A DNA stretch of 64,000 nt from Patescibacteria group bacterium (GTDB lineage: Bacteria > Patescibacteriota > Patescibacteriia > Patescibacteriales > UBA12075), in NCBI GenBank assembly GCA_018897195.1, contig JAHILH010000001.1:412565-476564 (forward strand), read 5' to 3'. A model generated the notes under the pieces. The model did not search any database. It saw nothing but the letters and a program-made list of their open reading frames with translations, and was not told the DNA's origin. Positions 46,270 to 55,461 of this stretch are shown here, piece after piece (positions within the stretch are counted from its first letter, which is position 1; every line of letters begins with the position of its first letter). The position numbers were made by a program, and so were the translations under genes.

Positions 46270-48045
46270 TTATACCAATTCTTCCATCTCAATTTCAAGC
46301 TCTAATAACTTATCTTCTTGATAATAAATAGAATCCTTAAGCTGTTTCATTCTAACATCCCTTTCCCGGTCAAATTTAAAATTATCAGCTTCGTATTCTG
46401 CGAGCAATTTCTGTTCCAGGGCTTTGTCATATTCAATACCCTTCTCAATCTTGCCCAGTTCTTTTTTTAATTCCTTTCTTTTTTCCTGTTTCGCCTTGCG
46501 CGCCTCTTTGTCGTCTTCCCTGATTGCTTGTTGCTCAGCACTTTGATTGGGGGCGCCAAGACCGGCTTTCATGTAAAGCTCGTGCAGATAATCATCGTAT
46601 TTCAGTTTACTAAATTTCACAACACCCTCGCCCACTTCAATAATCTTGTCAGCCACGGCGTGAATAAATTCTCGATTATGACTAATGAATAAAATTGTCG
46701 CCTTACTCTTACTTAAGGCGTCAGCCAAAGTGGTGACGGTTTCGAAATCCAAGTGATTAGTCGGTTCGTCCAGTAATAAAACATTACACTCCTGCAAAAG
46801 AATACCGGCGATGCATAGGCGTGCTTTTTCACCGCCCGAAAGCATGGCAATTGTTTTCTTAATATCATCACCGTAAAACAAAAAATTACCGGCAATGCGA
46901 TAGACATCCTCAATATTTGAGCTGACTCCAGCTTGCCGTTCCAAATACTCACCCACCTGTTCACGAGGATTCATTCCACTTGTCACATGTTGGTCATAGT
47001 AAGCAATTTTCGTTTTATATGCCCAGGCAAATTCACCTGACAGGACAGGTAGCTCGCCATTCAAGGTTTTTAAAAAAGTGGTTTTACCTTGACCATTGTC
47101 GCCCAAGACTGCCACGTGATCACCACGACGAATATCGAGTGCGGAAATGTCGGCGATTTTTTTACCCGCGTAACCAATGCTCAAACTATCCAAATTAAAA
47201 GCAAAGCCACTCTTGTTAGCCACATCCGGAATAACAATCTGCGCTGTCTTTAAAGACTGCCGAATTGAAACTTCGGACAAGCGCTTCAACTGCTTCATTT
47301 TTGACTGCGCCATTGACGCCTTGGAAGCCTGGTATTTGAATCGATCAACAAAATCCTGCAACTGTTTTTTCTGTGCCTTTATTTTCTTATTATATTTCTC
47401 ATCTGTCTTATCTTTTAATTCTTTTTGTGCCAAGTAGGCATCAAGCGAACATGGAAAAAAATACAGCTTACCCTGATCCACCTCCAAAGTTTTATCACAA
47501 GTCGAGCGCAAAAACTCCCGGTCATGCGAGATGACCATATACGAACCGTTATAAGTTTTCAAAAATTCTTCCAAAAGCAAGAGCGTGCTCAAGTCCAAAT
47601 GGTTGGTCGGCTCATCGAGCAACAAAAGATTCGGATCCCGCAACAACATCGCTGTCAATTTGACCCGCATTCGATAGCCACCCGAGAGCGCACTAATCTT
47701 GCTATCCAATAATTCATTCTTCAAGCGAAAGGCTCCTGCCACCTTCGCACACTCCCAAGTCTCCTTACCACTATCCCGTTCCAAAAAGCCAATGACTGTA
47801 TCAGTATCCAAAAACTTCTCCTGTTGCTCTAAGTACCCAATCCGCGTCCCATCAAACACGGCAATCTCCCCACTATCAATCTTCTCCTCCCCCAACAACA
47901 TTTTAAACAAGGTGGTCTTCCCCGCCCCATTTCGCCCAATAATCCCAATCCGCTGTTTTTTGGCCACATAAAAAGTAGCCTCATCAAAAATGACATGAGG
48001 CCCGAAAGATTTTGAGATTTTGTTAATATTTATTAATCCGGACAT
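46270..48045 (-). CDS. ABC-F family ATPase (two ABC domains, no TM domain)
   Basis: Two Walker A motifs (GRNGAGKTT, GDNGQGKTT), two LSGG signatures and a C-terminal coiled coil. Confidence 0.85.
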   Translation of the reverse strand: MSGLININKISKSFGPHVIFDEATFYVAKKQRIGIIGRNGAGKTTLFKMLLGEEKIDSGEIAVFDGTRIGYLEQQEKFLDTDTVIGFLERDSGKETWECAKVAGAFRLKNELLDSKISALSGGYRMRVKLTAMLLRDPNLLLLDEPTNHLDLSTLLLLEEFLKTYNGSYMVISHDREFLRSTCDKTLEVDQGKLYFFPCSLDAYLAQKELKDKTDEKYNKKIKAQKKQLQDFVDRFKYQASKASMAQSKMKQLKRLSEVSIRQSLKTAQIVIPDVANKSGFAFNLDSLSIGYAGKKIADISALDIRRGDHVAVLGDNGQGKTTFLKTLNGELPVLSGEFAWAYKTKIAYYDQHVTSGMNPREQVGEYLERQAGVSSNIEDVYRIAGNFLFYGDDIKKTIAMLSGGEKARLCIAGILLQECNVLLLDEPTNHLDFETVTTLADALSKSKATILFISHNREFIHAVADKIIEVGEGVVKFSKLKYDDYLHELYMKAGLGAPNQSAEQQAIREDDKEARKAKQEKRKELKKELGKIEKGIEYDKALEQKLLAEYEADNFKFDRERDVRMKQLKDSIYYQEDKLLELEIEMEELV

Positions 48046-48111
48046 ATTATTTTATTTTTATTATTCTTAATAGTTATTATATTTCATTGTTTCAATAAAC
48101 ACAATTAAAAT

Positions 48112-48137
48112 AAAAAAGGCTAAAATGGTCTTATTTT
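48112..48137 (-). terminator. terminator, AAGGCTAA family (degenerate copy 4)
   Basis: aaaaaaggctaaaatggtcttatttt. Confidence 0.35.
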
Positions 48138-48231
48138 CATTATTTGCCAAATCATTGGCAATGTTAAAACCAAAAGAAAAGCTGTTGCACAATAAGTTAT
48201 GCAACAGCCAATTTGTTCAAGGAATTTTTAA

Positions 48232-48630
48232 CTATTCCCACGTTGATGCTATTTTTTCCCATTCCTCTTTTGTAGGCTCAGGAGCAATAGTCTTTACTCC
48301 ATTTTCGTCGAACCTGACAAAGCTCATGTTCATCTTAACCCCAGGACCAGACTTTCCATTCATATTGATATGCGTGTCCAAATTCCTGGGATACCAATTG
48401 CCGTCCAAGTCCTTTACCAGGTGAACGTTTGCCAAAAAGCCATGTCTCTTCTTTGTTTCAAGAATTTCCAGTTGACCGTAAGTATCTACGCTCAAGAAGT
48501 CGCCACAGTCCGTGGAATCAACCGTCACACCGGCAAAGCGAACTTTTTGATTCAGTACTTCTTCAATGTGCTGTTGCGAAATTGACATTGCCAAACATCT
48601 TGAATCCGTAATTCTCATTTTCGTTGCCAT
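48232..48630 (-). CDS. hypothetical 132-aa protein, independent cassette
   Basis: AAGGAGAG SD and the promoter at 48699-48727. No motif recognised. Confidence 0.5.
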   Translation of the reverse strand: MATKMRITDSRCLAMSISQQHIEEVLNQKVRFAGVTVDSTDCGDFLSVDTYGQLEILETKKRHGFLANVHLVKDLDGNWYPRNLDTHINMNGKSGPGVKMNMSFVRFDENGVKTIAPEPTKEEWEKIASTWE

Positions 48631-48698
48631 TGTCGACTCTCCTTTTGTTTGAAAAAGATTGATGAAATATCAACTACTATCGTTAGGATAGTATTGCT

Positions 48699-48727
48699 AC
48701 TATAGCATAGAATTAATTATTTGTCAA
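48699..48727 (-). promoter_or_regulatory. promoter TTGACA-17-TATAGT
   Basis: Minus-strand TTGACA at 48727-48722 and TATAGT at 48704-48699. Confidence 0.55.
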
Positions 48728-48766
48728 TGTTAGACAGGAAATATTCCATGGTAAATTCTGTGAAAC

Positions 48767-48796
48767 AAAAAATAAGGCTAAATTAGCCTTATTTTT
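48767..48796 (-). terminator. terminator, AAGGCTAA family (copy 5), after nrdB
   Basis: aaaaaataaggctaaattagccttattttt. Confidence 0.6.
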
Positions 48797-48838
48797 AATT
48801 TATATCAAACCTCTCGGGAGAAAATCACGCCCCAAAAA

Positions 48839-49864
48839 TTACCATTCCAGACTGCCGGTCGAATACTCTTTTACGGTTGCTTCAAAGAAATTACTTTCCG
48901 TCATATTCCCCTGGGTAAATTCATCCAACCAGGTAAAGGGATTTTCTGTGTTCCACTTTTTTGGTAAGCCCAAAGATTTTAAACGCAGGTCGCCAATAAA
49001 ATAAAGATAGTCGGTTAAATTATTTTTATTCAAGCCCAGGATGCCATCATTGATGCACGACAAGCCCCAGCTCAATTCATGTTCAATAGCACCCTCGATA
49101 TTTTTAATGATACGCTCTTGAAATTCCGCTGTCCACAACTCGGGCTGCTCCTGCTTGATGGTGCTGACAATGTTAATAAACAACTTCAAATGCATATCCT
49201 CGTCGCGGTTAATAAATTGGATCATTTGGGCGCTACCCGGCATTTTATTATTTCGTCTCAAGACGTAAAAATTCAAAAAAGCGCTGTAAAAATATATTCC
49301 CTCTAAAATGACATTACCAACACACGCCTCCAAGAAGGCCTGGTCGCTTTCCAAGGTGCCCGTCGTAAAACTGCGATCACCGATTTTATTAATCGCCGCC
49401 AAGACATATTGATTTTTGGTATATAATTCTTTGTCCACTTTATACATCCCATAAATTTCATCCGGATCAAAACCCAGCGCCTCGATCATCGTGGCATAGC
49501 TATGCACATGCAATGCCTCCTCGTAGGCCTGGCGCACCACCGCCAAGGTCACCTCTGGCGATGTAATTTGATTAATAATATTAGTCGTCAAATTGGCGGT
49601 TTGAATGCCGTCCAGGTTTGAAACAAAAGCCAAGCTTCGCTTATAAACCCGTCGTTCATTTTCTGTTAAAAAATCCGGTTTTTTCCACTGCTCGATATCT
49701 TCTTGCAGATTCACTTCTTGTGGCACCCAATTATTTTTGAGCATCGTCTTAAAGATTTCATCGGCGAAAGGATGTTTTAGTGGAGCGACTTGCATCAAGC
49801 CATCGTCTTCACCGTTAATGACGCGCCGTTTGTTTATCACTTCGGCGTTTGAAAGATTGTTCAT
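48839..49864 (-). CDS. nrdB: ribonucleotide reductase class I beta subunit
   Basis: Di-iron ligand motifs EALHVHSY and EGIYFYSAF, and a C-terminal tail ending in W. The ATG at 49864 (MNNLSNAEV) avoids overlap with nrdA. Confidence 0.9.
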   Translation of the reverse strand: MNNLSNAEVINKRRVINGEDDGLMQVAPLKHPFADEIFKTMLKNNWVPQEVNLQEDIEQWKKPDFLTENERRVYKRSLAFVSNLDGIQTANLTTNIINQITSPEVTLAVVRQAYEEALHVHSYATMIEALGFDPDEIYGMYKVDKELYTKNQYVLAAINKIGDRSFTTGTLESDQAFLEACVGNVILEGIYFYSAFLNFYVLRRNNKMPGSAQMIQFINRDEDMHLKLFINIVSTIKQEQPELWTAEFQERIIKNIEGAIEHELSWGLSCINDGILGLNKNNLTDYLYFIGDLRLKSLGLPKKWNTENPFTWLDEFTQGNMTESNFFEATVKEYSTGSLEW

Positions 49865-49895
49865 ATTTATTTTATTCTTAATTTTATTAATATTT

Positions 49896-52655
49896 CTATT
49901 GACAAGCCTCACAATCTGGATTGTCAATCAGACAAGCCTTCGGGGCAGCGACTAGATTGTCGCCACCAGAGGCCTCCGGCGCACCCGCTTCAGTCGCAGG
50001 CATTTCGATGGTTTTAGTTATTTGTGACGCTGCCAAAGTGCGCAAATAGTAAGTCGTCTTCAAACCAGTCTTCCAGGCATCGATATAAATATCACTTAAT
50101 ATTTTACCACTACTTGTCGTCACAAAAATATTTGTCGACGCACTCTGGTCAATCCATTTGCCACGGTAAGCGGCGGCGCGCACCACCCAGTGAGGCTCGA
50201 TTTCAAAAGTTTCGCGATACTTGTTTTTTAATCTTTCGGGAATGACCGGAATATTTGCAATCGAGCCATTGTCATATTTTATCGCTTCAAGAATTTGCTT
50301 ATTCCAAAGATTTTCCGCCATCAAATCATCCACCAGATATTTATTCAGCACCAAAAAACTACCAGACATATTTTCTTTGCTGTAAATATTTTTGAAAATC
50401 GGTTCCACGCACGGAATCGCACCAGCAATATTTGAAATTGTGGCCGTTGGCGCAATCGCCAAACAATTTGAATTACGCATGCCTTGTCGACTTATTTTGT
50501 CGCGCAAGCCCGCCCAATCCAGTGTATAATTTTTATCAATCGCGAGCGGAACATTTCTTTCTGCCTCAAGTAGACCCAAGGTGTCAATCGGCAATAATCC
50601 CCGACTCCATTTGCTACCCGGATAGGATTGATAAACTCCCCGCTCCTTGGCTAAGTCTGAACTCGCTTCCAATGCGCAAAACGAAATATATTCCATAGAG
50701 CGATCTGCAAATTTCCAATTAGCCTCACTGGCAAAATCAATGTCGACTTGATATAAAGCATCCTGATAACCCATCAAGCCAAGACCAACCGCCCGATGGC
50801 GACTATTGGCTGTTTCGGTTTCTTTGATAGTATAAAAATTAATATCAATCACATTGTCCAACATGCGCATCCCGCTCGTAACTGTTTGTCGAATCAAATC
50901 CTTGTCTAACTCGCCATCGCAAATCATTCGTGCCAGGTTCAAACTAGCCAAATTACAAACTGCCACCTCGTCGGCCGAATTGTTCAGTGTAATTTCCGTG
51001 CATAAATTAGAATTGTGCACTACACCAACGTGATCTTGCGGTGAGCGCAAATTGCAGGGATCCTTGAAGGTAATCCAGGGATGTCCAGTTTCATACAACA
51101 TCGTCAAAATCTTTTTCCAGAGATCTTTGGCCGAAATTTGTCGCGCTCCTTGGATATTTGCTCTTTCGTATTCCTGATATTTTTCTTCAAACTTCTGGCC
51201 ATACAAATCGTGTAAGCCCGGAACGTCGTTTGGCGAAAACAAGGTCCAACTCTCATCATTCAAAACCCGCTTCATAAATAAATCAGGAATCCAACACGCC
51301 GGGTGAATATCGTGCGCCCGTCGGCGTTCGTCGCCGGTGTTTTTCTTTAACTCCAAAAATTCTTCAATATCGCCATGCCACACTTCTAAGTAAGCCGCCA
51401 AAGCCCCGCGCCGTTTCCCGCCCTGGTTCACTGCCACTGCAATATCATTAAAGATTTTAATAAAAGGAATAATCCCCTGTGAATCACCGTTGGTTCCCTT
51501 AATCTTGGAGCCCATGGCCCGCACCGGCGTCCAATCAGTCCCGACGCCACCAGACCACTTGGACATACTCGCCACATCACTGAACGATTTAAAAATACCC
51601 GCAATCGAATCTTCAATTGTATTCAAGTAGCAAGAGCTCAACTGACTATGTGTGGTGCCGCTATTAAACAAGGTTGGTGTTGAAGGCAACAATAAAAATT
51701 GTGACATCACATTATAAAACTCAATCGCCCGCTCCTCGCGATTATCTTCGCGCAAGGCCAAGCCCATCGCCACCCGCATCCACAACCATTGCGGTAATTC
51801 AAAAATTTGGCGGGGCTTTGTCGGCGTTTTTAACAAATAGCGGTCATGCACAGTTTGCGCTCCCAGATATTGAAAATTATCATCACGTGTTTTATCCAAG
51901 GCCTTGGCCAATTTCAACAAATCAAAATTAGCTAATTCCGGATTAAGCAATTCGTAACCAATCCCATTGGCAATATAATCAATAAAGCCTTGTTGGTATT
52001 TTTTTATACTCAAATCTTCTCCCAGTAGCACTTTGTCATAATCAAGACCCAACACCTCTTCATAAAGCTGGTCCCATAACAAACGCGCGGCCAGGAAAGA
52101 ATAATTGTAATGCTTTTCGACCAATGACGTAGCCGCGTTAATAATCGTCTTTTTTAATTCGCTCACCTTGATGCCCTCGTATAGATTTTTTTTAATCTCG
52201 GCCAACACCAGGGCTTGGTCAATAAAGTCCAGCCCCTTGGCCATAGTTGTCAATTTGGCCACAATTTTTGCTTCAGAAAAAACTTCCGCCAAACCGTCAT
52301 TGTTCACAATCTTAAAAGCATGATGCGCAATTGAGTCCTGTACCTGTTTTTTCTCCGCTTCCCGCAATTTGGCATGCTCGGAGCGATAAATAATAAATTT
52401 TCTCGCGACATCATAGGCGCCCGCAGCCATCAAAACCTCCTCGATGACATTCTGTACATTCTCCACGCTCAGTGTTTTTTCCTGATCAATATAATCAATT
52501 TGTATTCGATTTATAACCTGGGAATAAAGCTCGTCCAACGACCAGCGCTCAGTTTGATTAACGGCAGCCACAGCTTTGGCGATTACCATTTTAATTTTAT
52601 CCGCCTCAAAATCGGCCAATAAACCATTTCTTTTTGTGATTTTGTATAAATCCAT
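49896..52655 (-). CDS. nrdA: ribonucleotide reductase class I alpha subunit with N-terminal ATP-cone
   Basis: ATP-cone KRNGLLADFEADKI, catalytic NLCTEI, and a C-terminal CxxC tail (DNPDCEAC). The ATG at 52655 is preferred because the track extension covers the promoter and NrdR boxes. Confidence 0.9.
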   Translation of the reverse strand: MDLYKITKRNGLLADFEADKIKMVIAKAVAAVNQTERWSLDELYSQVINRIQIDYIDQEKTLSVENVQNVIEEVLMAAGAYDVARKFIIYRSEHAKLREAEKKQVQDSIAHHAFKIVNNDGLAEVFSEAKIVAKLTTMAKGLDFIDQALVLAEIKKNLYEGIKVSELKKTIINAATSLVEKHYNYSFLAARLLWDQLYEEVLGLDYDKVLLGEDLSIKKYQQGFIDYIANGIGYELLNPELANFDLLKLAKALDKTRDDNFQYLGAQTVHDRYLLKTPTKPRQIFELPQWLWMRVAMGLALREDNREERAIEFYNVMSQFLLLPSTPTLFNSGTTHSQLSSCYLNTIEDSIAGIFKSFSDVASMSKWSGGVGTDWTPVRAMGSKIKGTNGDSQGIIPFIKIFNDIAVAVNQGGKRRGALAAYLEVWHGDIEEFLELKKNTGDERRRAHDIHPACWIPDLFMKRVLNDESWTLFSPNDVPGLHDLYGQKFEEKYQEYERANIQGARQISAKDLWKKILTMLYETGHPWITFKDPCNLRSPQDHVGVVHNSNLCTEITLNNSADEVAVCNLASLNLARMICDGELDKDLIRQTVTSGMRMLDNVIDINFYTIKETETANSRHRAVGLGLMGYQDALYQVDIDFASEANWKFADRSMEYISFCALEASSDLAKERGVYQSYPGSKWSRGLLPIDTLGLLEAERNVPLAIDKNYTLDWAGLRDKISRQGMRNSNCLAIAPTATISNIAGAIPCVEPIFKNIYSKENMSGSFLVLNKYLVDDLMAENLWNKQILEAIKYDNGSIANIPVIPERLKNKYRETFEIEPHWVVRAAAYRGKWIDQSASTNIFVTTSSGKILSDIYIDAWKTGLKTTYYLRTLAASQITKTIEMPATEAGAPEASGGDNLVAAPKACLIDNPDCEACQ

Positions 52656-52677
52656 ATTTTTTTCATTTAGTGCGCTT

Positions 52678-52733
52678 ATACTACAGCTAGTATACAACTA
52701 CTTAATTATACCACAAGATGTAGTGTTGACCAA
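52678..52733 (-). promoter_or_regulatory. nrdA promoter (TTGGTC-17-TATAAT) with two NrdR-box-like palindromes
   Basis: Box at 52711-52726 (plus strand ccacaagatgtagtgt) lies in the spacer. Box at 52678-52693 (atactacagctagtat) lies just after the -10. Both fit acaCwAnAtnTwGtgt. Confidence 0.55.
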
Positions 52734-52825
52734 GCAGCGATAATAACGCTAATCTAACAGCACCGAGACAAATCAATTCCAAATATCACTCGCAGTGCGC
52801 ACATAGCTGTGTATAAAATAGAGAA

Positions 52826-52861
52826 ATAAAAAAACTGTTCTAAAATTAAAACAGTTTTTTC
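52826..52861 (-). terminator. terminator after the CYTH gene
   Basis: aaaaaaactgttctaaaattaaaacagtttttt. Confidence 0.6.
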
Positions 52862-52940
52862 GGCTCACTTCCTAGACCAGCCCTGAGTTAAGAAAATATT
52901 TTGCAATAATTGTAAATATTATTCATTTTTATAATAATTA

Positions 52941-53516
52941 TCAAATAAAAGGATTAATCATTTCGAATAAAATTTGCGGTGTTTCCATGTTTACCCGGTT
53001 TGTACTGATGTTGTATTTCTCGCTATACAAAGTATCGACAGAGCAAAATTTAGCTTGGTTATAATTAAAGCCAATCTTTTCTGACACCTTCATGACCTGC
53101 TCCGTCGACTGTCCCTCAACCTCCACAAACGGTTCCAAAAAAGGCCATTCGTCTATTGTTATATCCACCCCATCCAATTCCCACAATTCGCGCATACTTT
53201 CTTGATAGGCTTTTTCTTTGCAACCGATTCCGGCTAAAAACTTTTTTGCCTCTTCGAAATTATCAACCGTCAACATTGTCTCTTTTTGATTATGAATTTT
53301 ATTACCATCAACCACTTTCAAACTCATAGTAATCCTATCGCCCTCATCTCGCACTCGCAGCCAACCGCCATTGATATGATTCCCTTCTGGCAATTTAAAA
53401 ACCGCGCGCTTTTGCATAAATTCTTTTTTGACTAGCTTCGCTCCCGCTTCCTGTAATTTTTCTCGCACCTCATCTTTGTCTACATTTGTATATGTTGCTT
53501 CGTATTCGATATTCAT
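52941..53516 (-). CDS. CYTH-domain protein (triphosphate tunnel metalloenzyme / class IV adenylate-cyclase-like)
   Basis: N-terminal NIEYEATY (ExExK-like), alternating charged beta strands, and a length of 191 aa. Confidence 0.55.
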   Translation of the reverse strand: MNIEYEATYTNVDKDEVREKLQEAGAKLVKKEFMQKRAVFKLPEGNHINGGWLRVRDEGDRITMSLKVVDGNKIHNQKETMLTVDNFEEAKKFLAGIGCKEKAYQESMRELWELDGVDITIDEWPFLEPFVEVEGQSTEQVMKVSEKIGFNYNQAKFCSVDTLYSEKYNISTNRVNMETPQILFEMINPFI

Positions 53517-53908
53517 ATTTTTATTTTATTTAAAACATTAATTATTTCCCCAGGTCTTATATCATTATCCTTAATATCAACAAGTGACAACCAAGTCGGT
53601 TCATAATAATTATTACCAGACATTTTTTTATATTCTTCTCCATGTCCATGTCCCACAGCACCACTCACTATGTCGCACAAATAAAACAACTCCTCATTTT
53701 GATTAAACACCTGCTTGAATATCAAATCAGCAACCGAAACGCTCACGTTTATCTCTTCAAGGCATTCCCGAACTAACGCTGATTTATTATCCTCACCATC
53801 GTCAACACCACCACCAGGAAAAACAAAATATGCCTCATTGTTTTTGATACGTTTTATGGTAAGCACTTTACCATCTTGCACAATAACTGCTCTAACTCTT
53901 TTTTGCAT
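53513..53908 (-). CDS. NUDIX hydrolase
   Basis: Nudix box GGGVDDGEDNKSALVRECLEEINV. The stop overlaps the CYTH start as ATGA. Confidence 0.8.
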   Translation of the reverse strand: MQKRVRAVIVQDGKVLTIKRIKNNEAYFVFPGGGVDDGEDNKSALVRECLEEINVSVSVADLIFKQVFNQNEELFYLCDIVSGAVGHGHGEEYKKMSGNNYYEPTWLSLVDIKDNDIRPGEIINVLNKIKI

Positions 53909-53963
53909 ATAATTTTATTACGTCATTATTATACCATAAGTTCTATCTCCTACCACCCTAAAC

Positions 53964-53995
53964 AAAAAACTGTTCTAAGATTAGAACAGTTTTTG
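53964..53995 (-). terminator. terminator after trpB
   Basis: aaaaaactgttctaagattagaacagttttt. The stem is near-identical to the terminator at 52826. Confidence 0.6.
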
Positions 53996-54032
53996 TGTCT
54001 ATAAGTCTTTCATGTCCACTAATTGTCATTAG

Positions 54033-55229
54033 TTACAATTCCAATCTTTCAGCCACATAATCAACATCCTTATCACCCCTACCAGATAAGTTAACTATTA
54101 TTATTTCTTCTTTTTTGAGCGTTGGAGATAGCTTGATTGCATGAGCGATGGCATGGGCACTTTCAAGGGCTGGAATTATTCCCTCTGTCTTGCTAAGTTC
54201 CAAAAAAGCACCAAGCGCCTCTTTGTCATTTATACAAACATATTCAACACGTCCCTTGTCTTTTAAATCAGCATGCACTGGACCGACACCAGGATAATCA
54301 AGACCGGAAGCGATTGAATGGACCGGCAAAGGCTCACCCTTCTCATCTTGAAGTAAATAAGTCATCATACCATGCAGAGCGCCTTTCTTGCCGAGTGTCA
54401 AAGTAGCGGCATGCTCACCGTCCTTAAAGCTTTTTCCAGAAGGCTCCACTCCAATCATCTTCACGTCATCATTCAAAAATTCATGAAAAAGGCCGATGGC
54501 ATTAGAACCGCCACCCACGCAGGCGATTAAATAATCCGGCAACACTCCCTCCTTCTCACCAATCTGCACTTTTGCCTCTCTCCCGATAATCGATTGAAAG
54601 TCTCGAACAATCATCGGATACGGATGAGGACCGACAACGGATCCGATGGCAAAAAAGATATTTTGCGGATCACTCAAAAATGTTTCAAAGGCACTATCAA
54701 CCGCATCCTTCAAGCATTTTCCACCACTCGTCACGCTAACCACCTTTGCGCCTAGTAATTTCATTCTCAAAACATTTTGATGTTGTTTTTTGATATCTAT
54801 TTCGCCCATATGGATTTCGCAATCAATTCCCACTATAGCTGCAGCCGTTGCCAGGGCCACCCCGTGCTGTCCTGCTCCCGTTTCAGCTAACAACTTTTTC
54901 TTCCCCATTCTCTTCGCCAACAATGCCTCTCCCAGGGTGTGATTAATCTTATGAGCGCCAGTGTGATTTAGATCTTCTCTTTTTAGATATATCTTTGCTC
55001 CACCAAGCTTTTCTGATAAATTTTTCGCATAATAAAGCGGAGAAGGTCTGCCGACATAGTCACGCAAGAGCATCTGATATTCTTCCAGAAAACTCTCATC
55101 CTCTATCGCCTCCCTGTAAGAAACATCTATTTCATCAAAGATTGTTTTTAGTTCCGGCGGTATAATTTGTCCGCCATATTCGCCATAATAGCCTTCTTTA
55201 TTTGGTAATACTTTTAAATTGTTTTTCAT
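54033..55229 (-). CDS. trpB: tryptophan synthase beta chain (stand-alone)
   Basis: GEYGGQIIP, the PLP-lysine motif [11 protein letters not shown], and GGGSNAIG. No trpA or other trp genes occur in the window. Confidence 0.9.
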   Translation of the reverse strand: MKNNLKVLPNKEGYYGEYGGQIIPPELKTIFDEIDVSYREAIEDESFLEEYQMLLRDYVGRPSPLYYAKNLSEKLGGAKIYLKREDLNHTGAHKINHTLGEALLAKRMGKKKLLAETGAGQHGVALATAAAIVGIDCEIHMGEIDIKKQHQNVLRMKLLGAKVVSVTSGGKCLKDAVDSAFETFLSDPQNIFFAIGSVVGPHPYPMIVRDFQSIIGREAKVQIGEKEGVLPDYLIACVGGGSNAIGLFHEFLNDDVKMIGVEPSGKSFKDGEHAATLTLGKKGALHGMMTYLLQDEKGEPLPVHSIASGLDYPGVGPVHADLKDKGRVEYVCINDKEALGAFLELSKTEGIIPALESAHAIAHAIKLSPTLKKEEIIIVNLSGRGDKDVDYVAERLEL

Positions 55230-55332
55230 ATATTTATTCTTAATTATTAATTATTTTAGAGATTATAAAACTTACGATTTGCATCGCCAATAATACGTCG
55301 CTCGGTTGTAAAAATAATATTTCATAAGACAA

Positions 55333-55421
55333 ATAAAAAAAGACTGCTCAATATCTATAATATTGAGCAGTCTTTAATAATTACAAAACAAAAAACATCT
55401 ACTCAATATTTTGAGCAGTCC
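55333..55421 (-). promoter_or_regulatory. transcription attenuator: alternative hairpins 1:2, 2:3 and 3:4, plus a U-run
   Basis: RNA reads GACUGCUCAA-AAUA-UUGAGUAG, then about 25 nt, then AGACUGCUCAAUAU-UAUAG-AUAUUGAGCAGUCU-UUUUUU. Segment 2 (AUAUUGAGUAG) can pair with segment 3 (CUGCUCAAUAU). Confidence 0.65.
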
Positions 55422-55455
55422 ACCAGCTGTTATTTTGTAATGCTTGTAACTTCAT
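55399..55455 (-). CDS. 18-codon trp leader peptide with tandem Trp codons
   Basis: ATG AAG TTA CAA GCA TTA CAA AAT AAC AGC TGG TGG ACT GCT CAA AAT ATT GAG TAG encodes MKLQALQNNSWWTAQNIE. The TGGTGG abuts segment 1 and the stop lies inside segment 2. Confidence 0.6.
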   Translation of the reverse strand: MKLQALQNNSWWTAQNIE

Positions 55456-55461
55456 AATTGA

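Noticed and set aside
52656-52697. N-terminal extensions of the track ORFs for nrdA, and likewise for nrdB (to 49927), lepA (to 25576), the M23 peptidase (to 12312), the permease (to 41573) and the rSAM gene (TTG at 46113).
   Set aside because: The extensions overlap upstream genes, promoters or NrdR boxes and add non-conserved residues. Internal starts give canonical N-termini: an ATP-cone for nrdA, MDKIRNF for lepA, a signal peptide for M23, and an SD-linked GTG for the rSAM gene.
55341-55421. Reading the two related hairpins upstream of trpB simply as tandem terminators of the upstream M23-like gene.
   Set aside because: They may also stop readthrough from upstream. However, the tandem-Trp short ORF, the stop codon inside segment 2, the 2:3 alternative pairing and a dedicated promoter fit an attenuator better. 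The interpretation was therefore kept as a finding rather than dismissed.
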